A DNA stretch of 64,000 nucleotides from Chloroflexota bacterium (GTDB lineage Bacteria; Chloroflexota; Anaerolineae; Aggregatilineales; Ch27). The stretch is taken from NCBI GenBank assembly GCA_019873685.1, contig JAIOAT010000003.1, positions 80,543 to 144,542 of the forward strand. Reading direction: 5' to 3'. The position numbers and the translations under genes are program-made. The notes beneath the pieces were generated by a model. It was given only the letters and a program-made list of their open reading frames with translations. It did no database searches and was not told the origin of the DNA. Shown one piece after another: positions 36,652-45,014 of the stretch (within the stretch, counting starts at the first letter, position 1; each line of letters starts with the position of its first letter).

Positions 36652-36743
36652 GCTGAACTCCTCTTTCTCCTCAGACATATATGTAAAAATGGGGCTGTGG
36701 GGTGTATTGAGCACCAGGCGAAACTGGTGTACACTGCAAAATA

Positions 36744-36757
36744 GTCCGAATGTCCGG
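36744..36757. promoter_or_regulatory. Candidate operator (GTCCGAATGTCCGG) downstream of the double-SBP operon promoter
   Basis: On the minus strand it reads CCGGACATTCGGAC, about 20 nt after the TATAAT box. A related box, CCGAACATTCGG, lies after the 37772 promoter. Confidence 0.4.
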
Positions 36758-36775
36758 TCATTTCGCAGTAACGAC

Positions 36776-36805
36776 ATTATAACAAATTCCGCACTTTTCA
36801 GTCAA
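36776..36805 (-). promoter_or_regulatory. Strong sigma-70-type promoter of the double-SBP/ABC operon (TTGACT-18-TATAAT)
   Basis: Minus strand reads TTGACT (36800..36805), an 18-nt spacer, then TATAAT (36776..36781), about 125 nt upstream of ATG 36651. Confidence 0.6.
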
Positions 36806-36971
36806 TCAGCCTCACGGAGCAAACCACTGGCCCGGATACAGGGCGGGCGCTATCCCGGCGGCAGCCCGCACCACCCTCCCGGCAGCGGTGACTTCCCGGC
36901 TGACAGCGCAGACCTGTCAACTGACTCTATTCTATGCCCGGAACAAGCGCTTTCGCAAAGTGAGCATCGCC

Positions 36972-37751
36972 ATGACTGAGGCCAGACAACGCTACCTGCA
37001 TGAACTGCCGATCAGGCCAGTCGACCCTGCCAGCCCGATCCCGCTCTACCACCAGGTGGAGACCACTCTGCGGGCGCTGATCCAGGACGGCGTACTCAGT
37101 CCGGGCGATCTGCTGCCGCCGGAAGTGGAGCTATCGCGCGCCTTTGGCGTGGGCCGCCACACCATGCGCATGGCGCTTTCCCGCCTGGCGGATGACCGGC
37201 TGATCACCCGCAAGGCCGGGCGCGGGACGGTCGTCAGCCGCCAGATGGGGCGGCTGCAATTCTTCCTGGATCGCAGCTTCACCCGGCAGATGGCCGACAT
37301 GGGCCGCCGCGCCCATTCGCGGGTGCTGCAGGCATTTTCCGGCGTGGTCGATGATAGTGCGCCTGCCGCGCTCAAGGCCCGCTTGGGCGCTCCCTGCTTC
37401 AACCTGATCCGCCTGCGCTTTGGCGATGACGAACCGATCGGGCTGCAGAAATCGATCGTCCTGACGGAGCAGTGTCCGGGACTGGAACAGCACGATTTCA
37501 ACACCGAATCGCTCTATGATGTGCTCGCCCGTGTATACCGCCTGGTGGTGCAGGAGATCCGGCACACCGTCACGGCGGTAGCGGCGGACGATCTCAAAGC
37601 GGAGTTGTTGCAGGTCAATGTCGGCGATCCGTTGCTGCTGGTGAACACAGCGGCCTACCTGGCCAGCGGTGAGATCATCGAGTACACCACCTCCTACTAC
37701 CGCGCTGACCTGTACGAGTACAGCACCAGCAGCACTTATTCTCCCTGCTAG
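36972..37751 (+). CDS. GntR-family (HutC/UTRA subfamily) transcriptional regulator
   Basis: Winged HTH LPPEVELSRAFGVGRHTMRMALSRLADDRLITRKAGRGTVV plus a ~150-aa UTRA-like C-terminal domain. Start chosen at the internal ATG 36972. Confidence 0.85.
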   Translation: MTEARQRYLHELPIRPVDPASPIPLYHQVETTLRALIQDGVLSPGDLLPPEVELSRAFGVGRHTMRMALSRLADDRLITRKAGRGTVVSRQMGRLQFFLDRSFTRQMADMGRRAHSRVLQAFSGVVDDSAPAALKARLGAPCFNLIRLRFGDDEPIGLQKSIVLTEQCPGLEQHDFNTESLYDVLARVYRLVVQEIRHTVTAVAADDLKAELLQVNVGDPLLLVNTAAYLASGEIIEYTTSYYRADLYEYSTSSTYSPC

Positions 37752-37771
37752 GGCAGCGCCCTGTGACTGAC

Positions 37772-37800
37772 TTGACAGAAACTGGCACGCTGATTACGAT
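37772..37800 (+). promoter_or_regulatory. Sigma-70-type promoter of the UroD-like...PTE-like operon (TTGACA-17-TACGAT)
   Basis: TTGACA at 37772..37777, a 17-nt spacer, and TACGAT at 37795..37800, about 85 nt upstream of ATG 37886. Confidence 0.6.
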
Positions 37801-37807
37801 CTCAAAT

Positions 37808-37821
37808 GTCCGAACATTCGG
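37808..37821. promoter_or_regulatory. Candidate operator GTCCGAACATTCGG (inverted repeat CCGAA-CA-TTCGG) at the transcription start region
   Basis: 5+5 perfect inverted repeat starting 8 nt after the -10 box. Related to the box at 36744..36757. Confidence 0.45.
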
Positions 37822-37885
37822 CTTTTTCCGCCCGCCCCTGCCCCCATTGCGCCGCGTAACGCTCGCCTGAGCAAGGATATACCCC

Positions 37886-39040
37886 ATGGCTATCATGTCT
37901 CCGCGAGAGCGCGTCCTGGCTGCGCTCAACCATCAGGAACCCGATCGCGTGCCCGTCGCGCTGGGCGGCGGGCCATACGGCGTGGTTGATGATCTGTACT
38001 TTCGCCTGCTCAGGCTGCTTGACCTGGGCGAACCGGTCAAACCCTTCCGCACCGGCCATAGCATCTCCTACATGGACGACCGCCTGCTGGAGCGCCTGGG
38101 CATCGACACCCGCTATGTGTGGCCCAATGCCATGCCCAACAGCCCCTGCCAGGAGACCGCTGACCCGGACACCTTCCTGGACGCCTACGGCCAGGTCTGG
38201 AAGCGCGCCGTGCCCTATTTCTATGCCGACCGGGGCATCCTGGCCGACGCTACCAGCGTCGACGACATCGACCGCCGGGTCACCTGGCCGGATACCACCG
38301 CGCCGATCTGGACAGCCGGCGTCCGCGAGCGCGCCGCTGAGCTGCGGGCGGGCACCGACTGCTTCATCATCGCCCGGATGGTCACATCGCATGGCGTCTT
38401 CCAGACAGCCTGTGACCTGCGCGGCACAGCGGAGTTCATGATGGACATGGTGATCAATGAAGCCTTCGCCTTCCACCTGATCGAGCGGGTGACGGAGACC
38501 ATCGACGGCCTGCTGAAAGGCTACCTGCAGGCCGCCGGTGAAAATATCGACATGATCGAACTGCCCGGAGACGACTACGCCGCCAACGAGAACCTGCTGA
38601 TCTCGCCCGATCTGTTCCGCCGCTACATCAAGCCTGCCCTGGCTCGCCTGGTCACCACCATCCGCGAACATAACCCGTCCCTCAAGATCATGCTGCACAG
38701 TGATGGCATGATCGAAAAGCTGCTGCCGGAGTTCATCGACCTGGGCATCGACGTGCTGCACCCGCTGGAGCCGGTACCCGCGCTGGATCAGGCCGCGATC
38801 AAGGCCCGCTATGGTGACCGACTGGCTTTCCTCGGTGGCATCGACATCAGCCATGCCATGCGCGGCAGCCGCGAGGATGTGCTTGCGGAAGTCCGGCGGC
38901 GCATTGCAGCCCTGGCTCCCGGCGGCGGGTACATCCTGGCCCCGGCCAACCACCTCCAGGCGGATGTCCCGGCGGAAAACGTCGTGACCCTGTTCGAAGC
39001 CGCCCGTCGCTATGGCGTTTATCCCATAGCCCCGTCCTGA
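37886..39040 (+). CDS. Uroporphyrinogen-decarboxylase (URO-D) family protein, non-haem context (MtaA/decarboxylase-like TIM barrel)
   Basis: 384 aa. The N-terminus SPRERVLAALNHQEPDRVPVALGGG and the overall length and pattern are typical of URO-D-like proteins. No other haem-biosynthesis genes are nearby. Confidence 0.65.
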   Translation: MAIMSPRERVLAALNHQEPDRVPVALGGGPYGVVDDLYFRLLRLLDLGEPVKPFRTGHSISYMDDRLLERLGIDTRYVWPNAMPNSPCQETADPDTFLDAYGQVWKRAVPYFYADRGILADATSVDDIDRRVTWPDTTAPIWTAGVRERAAELRAGTDCFIIARMVTSHGVFQTACDLRGTAEFMMDMVINEAFAFHLIERVTETIDGLLKGYLQAAGENIDMIELPGDDYAANENLLISPDLFRRYIKPALARLVTTIREHNPSLKIMLHSDGMIEKLLPEFIDLGIDVLHPLEPVPALDQAAIKARYGDRLAFLGGIDISHAMRGSREDVLAEVRRRIAALAPGGGYILAPANHLQADVPAENVVTLFEAARRYGVYPIAPS

Positions 39041-39082
39041 CCTTTCCATGCCCGCCGCAAGAGTATTATTGGGAGAGTTAAC

Positions 39083-39859
39083 ATGACCGCCAGCCTGACC
39101 TATCTGGACGCCGCCGAGGCTATCCTGCGGCGCATTCGTGACAACGAGATGGACAACATCGACCGCGCCGCCGAGATTTGCGCTCATACCATCGCTAACG
39201 ACGGTCTGGTGCACATGTTCGGCACCGGTCACTCCCGTGTCTTCGTAGAGGAGATGTACCCGCGTCACGGCAGCTTCCCCGGCTTTCACCCGATCGTGGA
39301 GCTATCGCTGACCTACCACAACCAGGTCGTAGGGGCCAACGGCCAGCGCCAGGCCATGTACCTGGAACACCTGGAAGGCTTTGCGCCGGTCATCCTGCGC
39401 AACTTCGTCATCGCCCCGCCGGATAGCTTCCTGATCTTCTCCAACAGCGGGGTCAACGAGGTGGTGGTGGAGATGGCGCTGGAAGCCCGCAAGCGCGACC
39501 TGCCGGTCATCGCCGTCGTTTCCCGCGATCATTGCGAGCGCCAGCCCGCCCGCCACAGTTCCGGCAAGAAGCTGATCGACGTGGCGGACGTGACAATCGA
39601 TAACGGCACGCCCGCCGGCGACGCGATGGTGCGCATCCCCGGCCTGGATGACCCGGTCGGCCCTGGCTCCACCATTGGCGGGGCTGCCGTCGCCAACGCG
39701 CTCAAGGTCGCCATCGCCGAAAAGCTGACGGCGATGGGCAAGCCGCCGCTGGTACTGACCAGCAGCCATTTCATCGGCGCGGAAGAATCGCAGCGGCGCT
39801 TTGACCAGTCGTACGACGAATACCGGCGGCGGCTCAAGCGCGTCTACGGCTGCGACTGA
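39083..39859 (+). CDS. SIS-domain protein (UPF0309-like sugar-phosphate isomerase/binding fold)
   Basis: 258 aa with MFGTGHSRVF and FSNSGVNEVVVEMA segments characteristic of single-SIS UPF0309 proteins. Confidence 0.7.
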   Translation: MTASLTYLDAAEAILRRIRDNEMDNIDRAAEICAHTIANDGLVHMFGTGHSRVFVEEMYPRHGSFPGFHPIVELSLTYHNQVVGANGQRQAMYLEHLEGFAPVILRNFVIAPPDSFLIFSNSGVNEVVVEMALEARKRDLPVIAVVSRDHCERQPARHSSGKKLIDVADVTIDNGTPAGDAMVRIPGLDDPVGPGSTIGGAAVANALKVAIAEKLTAMGKPPLVLTSSHFIGAEESQRRFDQSYDEYRRRLKRVYGCD

Positions 39860-39867
39860 GGGCCACG

Positions 39868-40827
39868 ATGACTGATCCTGAGTTCACCGTCACCCGGCAG
39901 GACACCCCCACCGCCTACTTCTTCGGCGTGACCACTGCGGCTTCCTCCAGCCGCCGCATGTTCCCACTGTGGGCAGAAATTCTGGGGCTGGGGCAGGCGC
40001 AGCTGATCGGCCTAGACCTGCCCCTCAATGGCCCGCCGGAGGTTTACCGTCGGGCTGTCTACCAGATCAAGCACGATCCGCTGTCGCTGGGTGCGGTGAT
40101 CACCAGCCACAAAATCAACACGCTCACCGCTGCCCGCGACCTGTTCGACCACCTGACTCCGGAAGCCGAGCTGACCGGCGAAGTCGCTTCGATCTACAAG
40201 CGGGATGGCGCGTTGATCGGCCATGCCGTCGACCCGGTGACCTCAGGCCAGGCGATGAGCCGCTTCATCCCCGGCGGGCACTGGGGCCGGACGCAGGCGC
40301 ACATCCTTTGCCTGGGCGCGGGCGGATCGGCGACGGCTATCGCCGTCTACCTGTGCCGCACCCTGCCGCCGGATGACCGCCCGGCCCGCGTGATCTTCGT
40401 CAATCGCACCCGCTCCCGCCTGGAAAGCCTGCGCCAGCTCATCGCGGAACGGCTATCCGGCTCCGGGATCGCCTTCGACTTTGTGGAGAATAGCGATCCC
40501 GCCGTGAATGACCGGCTGATGACTGCCCTGCCGCCCGGCTCGCTGGTGATCAACGCTACCGGCATGGGCAAGGATACGCCCGGCTCGCCGATCACTGACG
40601 CCGGCGTCTTTCCGCAGGATGGCTTCGCCTGGGAGTTGAACTACCGGGGCGCGCTGGACTTCCTGCACCAGGCGGAAGCGCAGGCTGAACGCCGCCGCCT
40701 GACCGTCGTTGACGGCTGGGATTACTTCCTGCTCGGCTGGAGCACGATTATCGGCCAGATTTTTGACGTGCCTATCACGCCTGAAGTCTACGATCGCCTG
40801 GCGCAGGCGGCGGCAGCGGTGCGCTGA
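39868..40827 (+). CDS. Shikimate/quinate-dehydrogenase-like NAD(P)-binding protein (divergent)
   Basis: 319 aa. FGVTTAASSS and VITSHK resemble the AroE substrate-domain motifs, and CLGAGGSATAIAVYL is a dinucleotide-binding loop. The catalytic Asp context is atypical. Confidence 0.5.
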   Translation: MTDPEFTVTRQDTPTAYFFGVTTAASSSRRMFPLWAEILGLGQAQLIGLDLPLNGPPEVYRRAVYQIKHDPLSLGAVITSHKINTLTAARDLFDHLTPEAELTGEVASIYKRDGALIGHAVDPVTSGQAMSRFIPGGHWGRTQAHILCLGAGGSATAIAVYLCRTLPPDDRPARVIFVNRTRSRLESLRQLIAERLSGSGIAFDFVENSDPAVNDRLMTALPPGSLVINATGMGKDTPGSPITDAGVFPQDGFAWELNYRGALDFLHQAEAQAERRRLTVVDGWDYFLLGWSTIIGQIFDVPITPEVYDRLAQAAAAVR

Positions 40828-40860
40828 GCCGCCCATGAGCGCAAGAAAGAGCAGCCACAT

Positions 40861-42150
40861 ATGAGCACCTACACCGCCCCGATTCGCGACCTCTGGACAA
40901 CTGACGTGCTGGTGATCGGCAGCGGCTCTGCCGGGGCCACAGCGGCCATCACCGCTGCGCGGGAAGGGGTTACCGTGGCGCTGGTGGAGCGTTATGGCTT
41001 TATGGGCGGGATCAGCACCCAGGTACTGGACACGTTCTACGGCTTCTACACGCCCGGTCAGCAACCGCGCAAGGTTGTCGGCGGCGTCCCCGATCTGGTG
41101 GTCGATGAACTGTTGCGCCGCGGCAAGGCCGTATTCCGCCCCAACACCTATGGCGCCGGCCAGGGTATCACTTACGATCCGGAGACACTCAAACTGATCT
41201 GGGAGCGCCTGGCTACCTCCGCCGGAGTACGCATCCTCTACCACACCTTCGTCGTCGACGCCCTCATGGAAGGCGATCGCGTGACCGGCGTGGTCGCCAT
41301 CAACAAAGGCGGCTTTGTGCGGCTGAAGGCCCGCGTCGTGATCGACGCTTCCGGAGACGCCGACGTCGCCGCTGCCGCCGGCGTGCCCTACGAGAGCGCA
41401 GCCGACGGCCCGGTGCAATCGCTGACCACCACCTTCCGCCTGCTCAACGTCGATGTCGCCCGCGCCCGCGCCGTCCGCAAAGAGGAGTTGCACGCGCTGA
41501 TGGCCCGCGCCATCGAGGATGGCTACGCCCTGCCCCGCCGGGAAGGCAGCGTCCACATCACGCCGCTTGACGGGGTGATGGCCACCAACATGACCCGCGT
41601 GGCCAACATCGACGCCACTGACCCGGAGCAACTCACCCGCGCCGAGATCGAAGGCCGCCGCCAGGCGGAGGAGTACGCCCGCTTCCTGATCGAGCGCGTC
41701 CCCGGCTACGAACGGGCGGTGCTGGGCGGCCTCAGCACCCAGATCGGCGTGCGGGAAAGCCGCCGTATCTTCGGCGCGTACCGCCTGACCCGGGCTGATG
41801 TGCTGAGCGCGCGCAAATTCGAGGATGCCATCGCCCGCTGCGGCGCACCGATCGAGGATCACCACGCCGGCAGCGACACGGTCTGGCAGTATCTGCCAGA
41901 GGGAGAAACCTACGACATTCCCTTCCGTTGTCTTTTGCCGGAAAGTGTGGAGGGCCTGCTTGTAGCCGGGCGCTGCCTCTCCGCCGATCATGACGCCCAC
42001 GCCTCGGTGCGTAGCATGGGCCAGTGTATGGCGATGGGCCAGGCGGCGGCGGTAGCTGCCGCGCTGGCTGCCCGGCAGGGGCGCCCCCCGCGTGAAGTTG
42101 CCATCAGCGATCTGCAGGCCCGCCTGCGTGCAATAGGAGCAATCATCTGA
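40861..42150 (+). CDS. FAD-dependent oxidoreductase (FAD_oxidored-type)
   Basis: 429 aa with the N-terminal DVLVIGSGSAGATAAITAAREG dinucleotide-binding motif. Confidence 0.75.
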   Translation: MSTYTAPIRDLWTTDVLVIGSGSAGATAAITAAREGVTVALVERYGFMGGISTQVLDTFYGFYTPGQQPRKVVGGVPDLVVDELLRRGKAVFRPNTYGAGQGITYDPETLKLIWERLATSAGVRILYHTFVVDALMEGDRVTGVVAINKGGFVRLKARVVIDASGDADVAAAAGVPYESAADGPVQSLTTTFRLLNVDVARARAVRKEELHALMARAIEDGYALPRREGSVHITPLDGVMATNMTRVANIDATDPEQLTRAEIEGRRQAEEYARFLIERVPGYERAVLGGLSTQIGVRESRRIFGAYRLTRADVLSARKFEDAIARCGAPIEDHHAGSDTVWQYLPEGETYDIPFRCLLPESVEGLLVAGRCLSADHDAHASVRSMGQCMAMGQAAAVAAALAARQGRPPREVAISDLQARLRAIGAII

Positions 42151-42151
42151 G

Positions 42152-43108
42152 ATGTTTGTCGTCATTGGCACTACAACCGCTGACCTGTTCATCTCCGGCG
42201 TGGAGCGTATGCCGCGTTTTGACGGCGACGAGTTCACGACGAGCAGCCTGTCCTTTTGCCGCCGGCCGCTGACCATTGCCCTGGGCGGCAATGGCGCCAA
42301 CAGCGCCTACGTCCTGCGGACTCTGGGCGCACCGGTCCGACTGTGCAGCGGCACGGGTACCAATGAGATCGGGGCGCTGATGACCGGCTGGCTGGCCGCC
42401 AGAGGAGTCGACCTCAGCGCCTTCCTGCGCCGGGAGGATGGCACCGCCAGCACCACGACCGTGATCGATGACCGGCTCAACCGGCTGTCTTTCTACTATC
42501 CCGGCCTCTTCACCACCTTCAGCGCCGCTGACCTGCCCCCGTCCTGGCTGGACGGGGCGCATACCCTGCTGATCACCGGCTACCCCCTGCTGCCCGGCTT
42601 TCACGGAGGCGGCTTCGCGGCAATTCTGCAGACCGCCCGTGCGCGGGGCGTGACCACAGCGCTAGACATCGGCCCGGCGGTTGACCATTCCGCCACCCTC
42701 CTGGCGTTGACGCCGCTGTTGCCGCTGGTCGACATCCTGCTGACCAACGAATACGAACTGACCGTTGCGACCGGCGACCGCGAGGCCGAAACCGGCGCCC
42801 GGCGGTTGATCGCGGCAGGTGCGGCCAGCGTGATCGTCAAGCGCGGTAAGGCAGGAGCCTGCCTGTACAGCCCCGACTCGCTTATTCAGGTGGAAGGCTT
42901 CCCTGTGCAAGCCAGCGTCACCATTGGCGCGGGCGATTCGTTCAATGCCGCCTTCCTGTATGCGATTCACGCCGGCATGTCCCCGGCGGAAGCCGCCGCC
43001 TTCGCTAACGCCGCTGCCGCGCTGGTCGTGCAGGGGGGCCGTAGCGTGCTTGGCGCGCCGGATGTTGCCGCCGTTGAAGCCTTCCTGCGCCAGCGCAGAG
43101 GAGCGTAA
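42152..43108 (+). CDS. PfkB-family carbohydrate kinase
   Basis: 318 aa with GGNGANSAYVL and the C-terminal GAGDSFNAAFLYA PfkB signature. It starts 2 nt after the preceding stop. Confidence 0.85.
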   Translation: MFVVIGTTTADLFISGVERMPRFDGDEFTTSSLSFCRRPLTIALGGNGANSAYVLRTLGAPVRLCSGTGTNEIGALMTGWLAARGVDLSAFLRREDGTASTTTVIDDRLNRLSFYYPGLFTTFSAADLPPSWLDGAHTLLITGYPLLPGFHGGGFAAILQTARARGVTTALDIGPAVDHSATLLALTPLLPLVDILLTNEYELTVATGDREAETGARRLIAAGAASVIVKRGKAGACLYSPDSLIQVEGFPVQASVTIGAGDSFNAAFLYAIHAGMSPAEAAAFANAAAALVVQGGRSVLGAPDVAAVEAFLRQRRGA

Positions 43109-43112
43109 ACCT

Positions 43113-44042
43113 ATGACTCCGATCGTCCGTACCATCCTGGGGGATATCCCGCCGGAGACGCTCGGCCTCTGCCTGCCACACGAGCACCTGTACGGCTGGC
43201 CGCCTGCGCCATTCGCCACGGAAGACTTGACCCTGAACCATGAAGACGCCGCCATCCGCGAACTGGCGCGTTTCCGGGCCGCGGGTGGGAGCGCGCTGGT
43301 GGAGATGACTACGCCGGACTACAACCGGGATGCTGCCGCCCTGGAACGGATCGCCCGCGCCAGCGGTGTGCACATCATCGCCGCAACCGGCTATAACAAG
43401 GAGAAGTTCTCCGCGCCGTTCCTGCAGGACGCAACCGTGGAGGAACTGGCTGCCCGCTTCGTTGCTGAGATAACGAACGGCATGGACGGCACATCCTGCC
43501 GGGCCGGGGTGATCAAGGCCTCCTCCACCCTGAATGAGATTTCCCCGCTGGCGGAAAAGCTGTTCCGCGCGGCGGCACAGGCCCACCACGCCACCGGCGC
43601 GCCGGTTTCCACCCACACGGAGAAAGGCACGATGGCGCTGGAGCAGGTTGCCCTGCTGACCGGCGAAGGGGTTGAGCCGTCGCACATCATCATCGGTCAC
43701 ATTGACCTGCGGCTGGAATGGGAGTTTGTCCTGGCGCTGGCGCGGACGGGCGTCTTCATCGGCTTCGATCAGGTCAGCAAGGCGCAGTACGCGCCGGATA
43801 GCCGCCGCGTGGAATTCATTGCCCGCCTGGTCGCAGAGGGGCACGGCGGACAGTTGCTGCTCTCCGGCGATCTGGCCCGCCGTTCCTACTGGGACAGCTA
43901 CGGTCTGGGCGGGGCGGGTTTCACCTACATCCCACAGGTCTTCGCCCCCCTGCTGCGCCAGGCAGGCCTGGCGGAAGAAACGGTGTACGGCTTGCTGGTG
44001 GATAATCCCGCGCGGGCGCTGGCCTTCACCCCGCGCTCCTGA
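43113..44042 (+). CDS. Phosphotriesterase-related (PTER/Php, amidohydrolase-fold) protein; possible lactonase
   Basis: The track ORF starts at 42924. ATG 43113 gives a 309-aa protein, MTPIVRTILGDIPPETLGLCLPHEHL (HxH metal motif), with later TH and GHID ligands. Confidence 0.75.
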   Translation: MTPIVRTILGDIPPETLGLCLPHEHLYGWPPAPFATEDLTLNHEDAAIRELARFRAAGGSALVEMTTPDYNRDAAALERIARASGVHIIAATGYNKEKFSAPFLQDATVEELAARFVAEITNGMDGTSCRAGVIKASSTLNEISPLAEKLFRAAAQAHHATGAPVSTHTEKGTMALEQVALLTGEGVEPSHIIIGHIDLRLEWEFVLALARTGVFIGFDQVSKAQYAPDSRRVEFIARLVAEGHGGQLLLSGDLARRSYWDSYGLGGAGFTYIPQVFAPLLRQAGLAEETVYGLLVDNPARALAFTPRS

Positions 44043-44047
44043 AAGCA

Positions 44048-44106
44048 GCAGCCACGCCGCGCGGCGTGGCTGCATGCCCCACAGGCCGGAGCAGGAACGC
44101 TCCGGC
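44048..44106. terminator. Two tandem GC-rich hairpins between convergent operons
   Basis: Hairpin 1: GCAGCCACGCC-gcgc-GGCGTGGCTGC (44048..44073). Hairpin 2: GCCGGAGC-aggaac-GCTCCGGC (44085..44106). Confidence 0.5.
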
Positions 44107-44128
44107 GTCGGCTGGCAAGCTTCCCGGC

Positions 44129-44980
44129 TTACCCCTTGACCCCGGAAAGCGCAATACCGGCCACAAAATAACGCTGGGCGAAGATGTAGACGATCAGCAC
44201 AGGCAGCATGACCACCACCGCCGCCGCCATGACCAGCGGCCAGTTGGTCTGCCGGAAGGCTGTCGTGCTGGCGTTGAAGTAGGCCAGGCCCAGCTCCAGC
44301 GTGCGCATCTCCTGGTTGCGGGCGATTAGCAGCGGCCATAGCAGGTCGGTCCACGTGCCCATGAAGGCAAAGACCGCCAGCGTTGTCAGCGCCGGGCCGG
44401 TCAGCGGCAGGAAGATGCGGGTGAAGATCACCCACTCACTGGCTCCATCGATGCGGGCCGCATCGTGATAGTCCTGCGGGATGCCCTGGAAGGCCTGCCG
44501 CAGCAGGAAGATGCCGAACACACTGGAGATTCCCGGCACGATCAGGCCCTGGTAGGTATTGATCCAGCCCAGCCCGAACACGATCAGGAACAGCGGGATC
44601 AGGGTAATCTGGAACGGGATCATCATCGTTGCCAGGTAAAGGATGAAGATCGTATCCCGCCCGAAGAAATGCAGCCGGGCGAAGCCATAGGCCGCCATCG
44701 AGCAGATGATCACCTGCCCGGCGACGGTGAAGATAGTGACAATCAGCGTGTTCAGGAAGTACCGCCCAAACGGCACCAGCGTGAACAGGTCAACATAGTT
44801 AGAAAAATCCAGCGTCTTGGGGAGCAACTCCGGCGGATAGGCGAATTCGCTCCCTGAAGGTTTGAGTGAGGTGGTGATCATCCAGATGAACGGCACCACC
44901 ATGCTCAGCGTAACCGCGATCAGCACCGCATAGCCCAGGATGCTCAGGGGCAGGTCCCACCAATGCTTGGCTCTAACCAT
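44129..44980 (-). CDS. Carbohydrate ABC transporter permease (CUT1, MalG-like)
   Basis: 283 aa with the EAA loop HDAARIDGASEWVIFTRIFLPL. Confidence 0.9.
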   Translation of the reverse strand: MVRAKHWWDLPLSILGYAVLIAVTLSMVVPFIWMITTSLKPSGSEFAYPPELLPKTLDFSNYVDLFTLVPFGRYFLNTLIVTIFTVAGQVIICSMAAYGFARLHFFGRDTIFILYLATMMIPFQITLIPLFLIVFGLGWINTYQGLIVPGISSVFGIFLLRQAFQGIPQDYHDAARIDGASEWVIFTRIFLPLTGPALTTLAVFAFMGTWTDLLWPLLIARNQEMRTLELGLAYFNASTTAFRQTNWPLVMAAAVVVMLPVLIVYIFAQRYFVAGIALSGVKG

Positions 44981-45014
44981 CGTCCATTTCTCCTGCGTAC
45001 TGTTGCCCGCTGGC

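Noticed and set aside
36706-36735. Plus-strand promoter TTGAGC-17-TACACT as the GntR gene promoter
   Set aside because: It would imply a ~230-nt leader and overlaps the much stronger minus-strand promoter region. It is plausible but not better than alternatives nearer to ATG 36972, so it is not listed as a feature.
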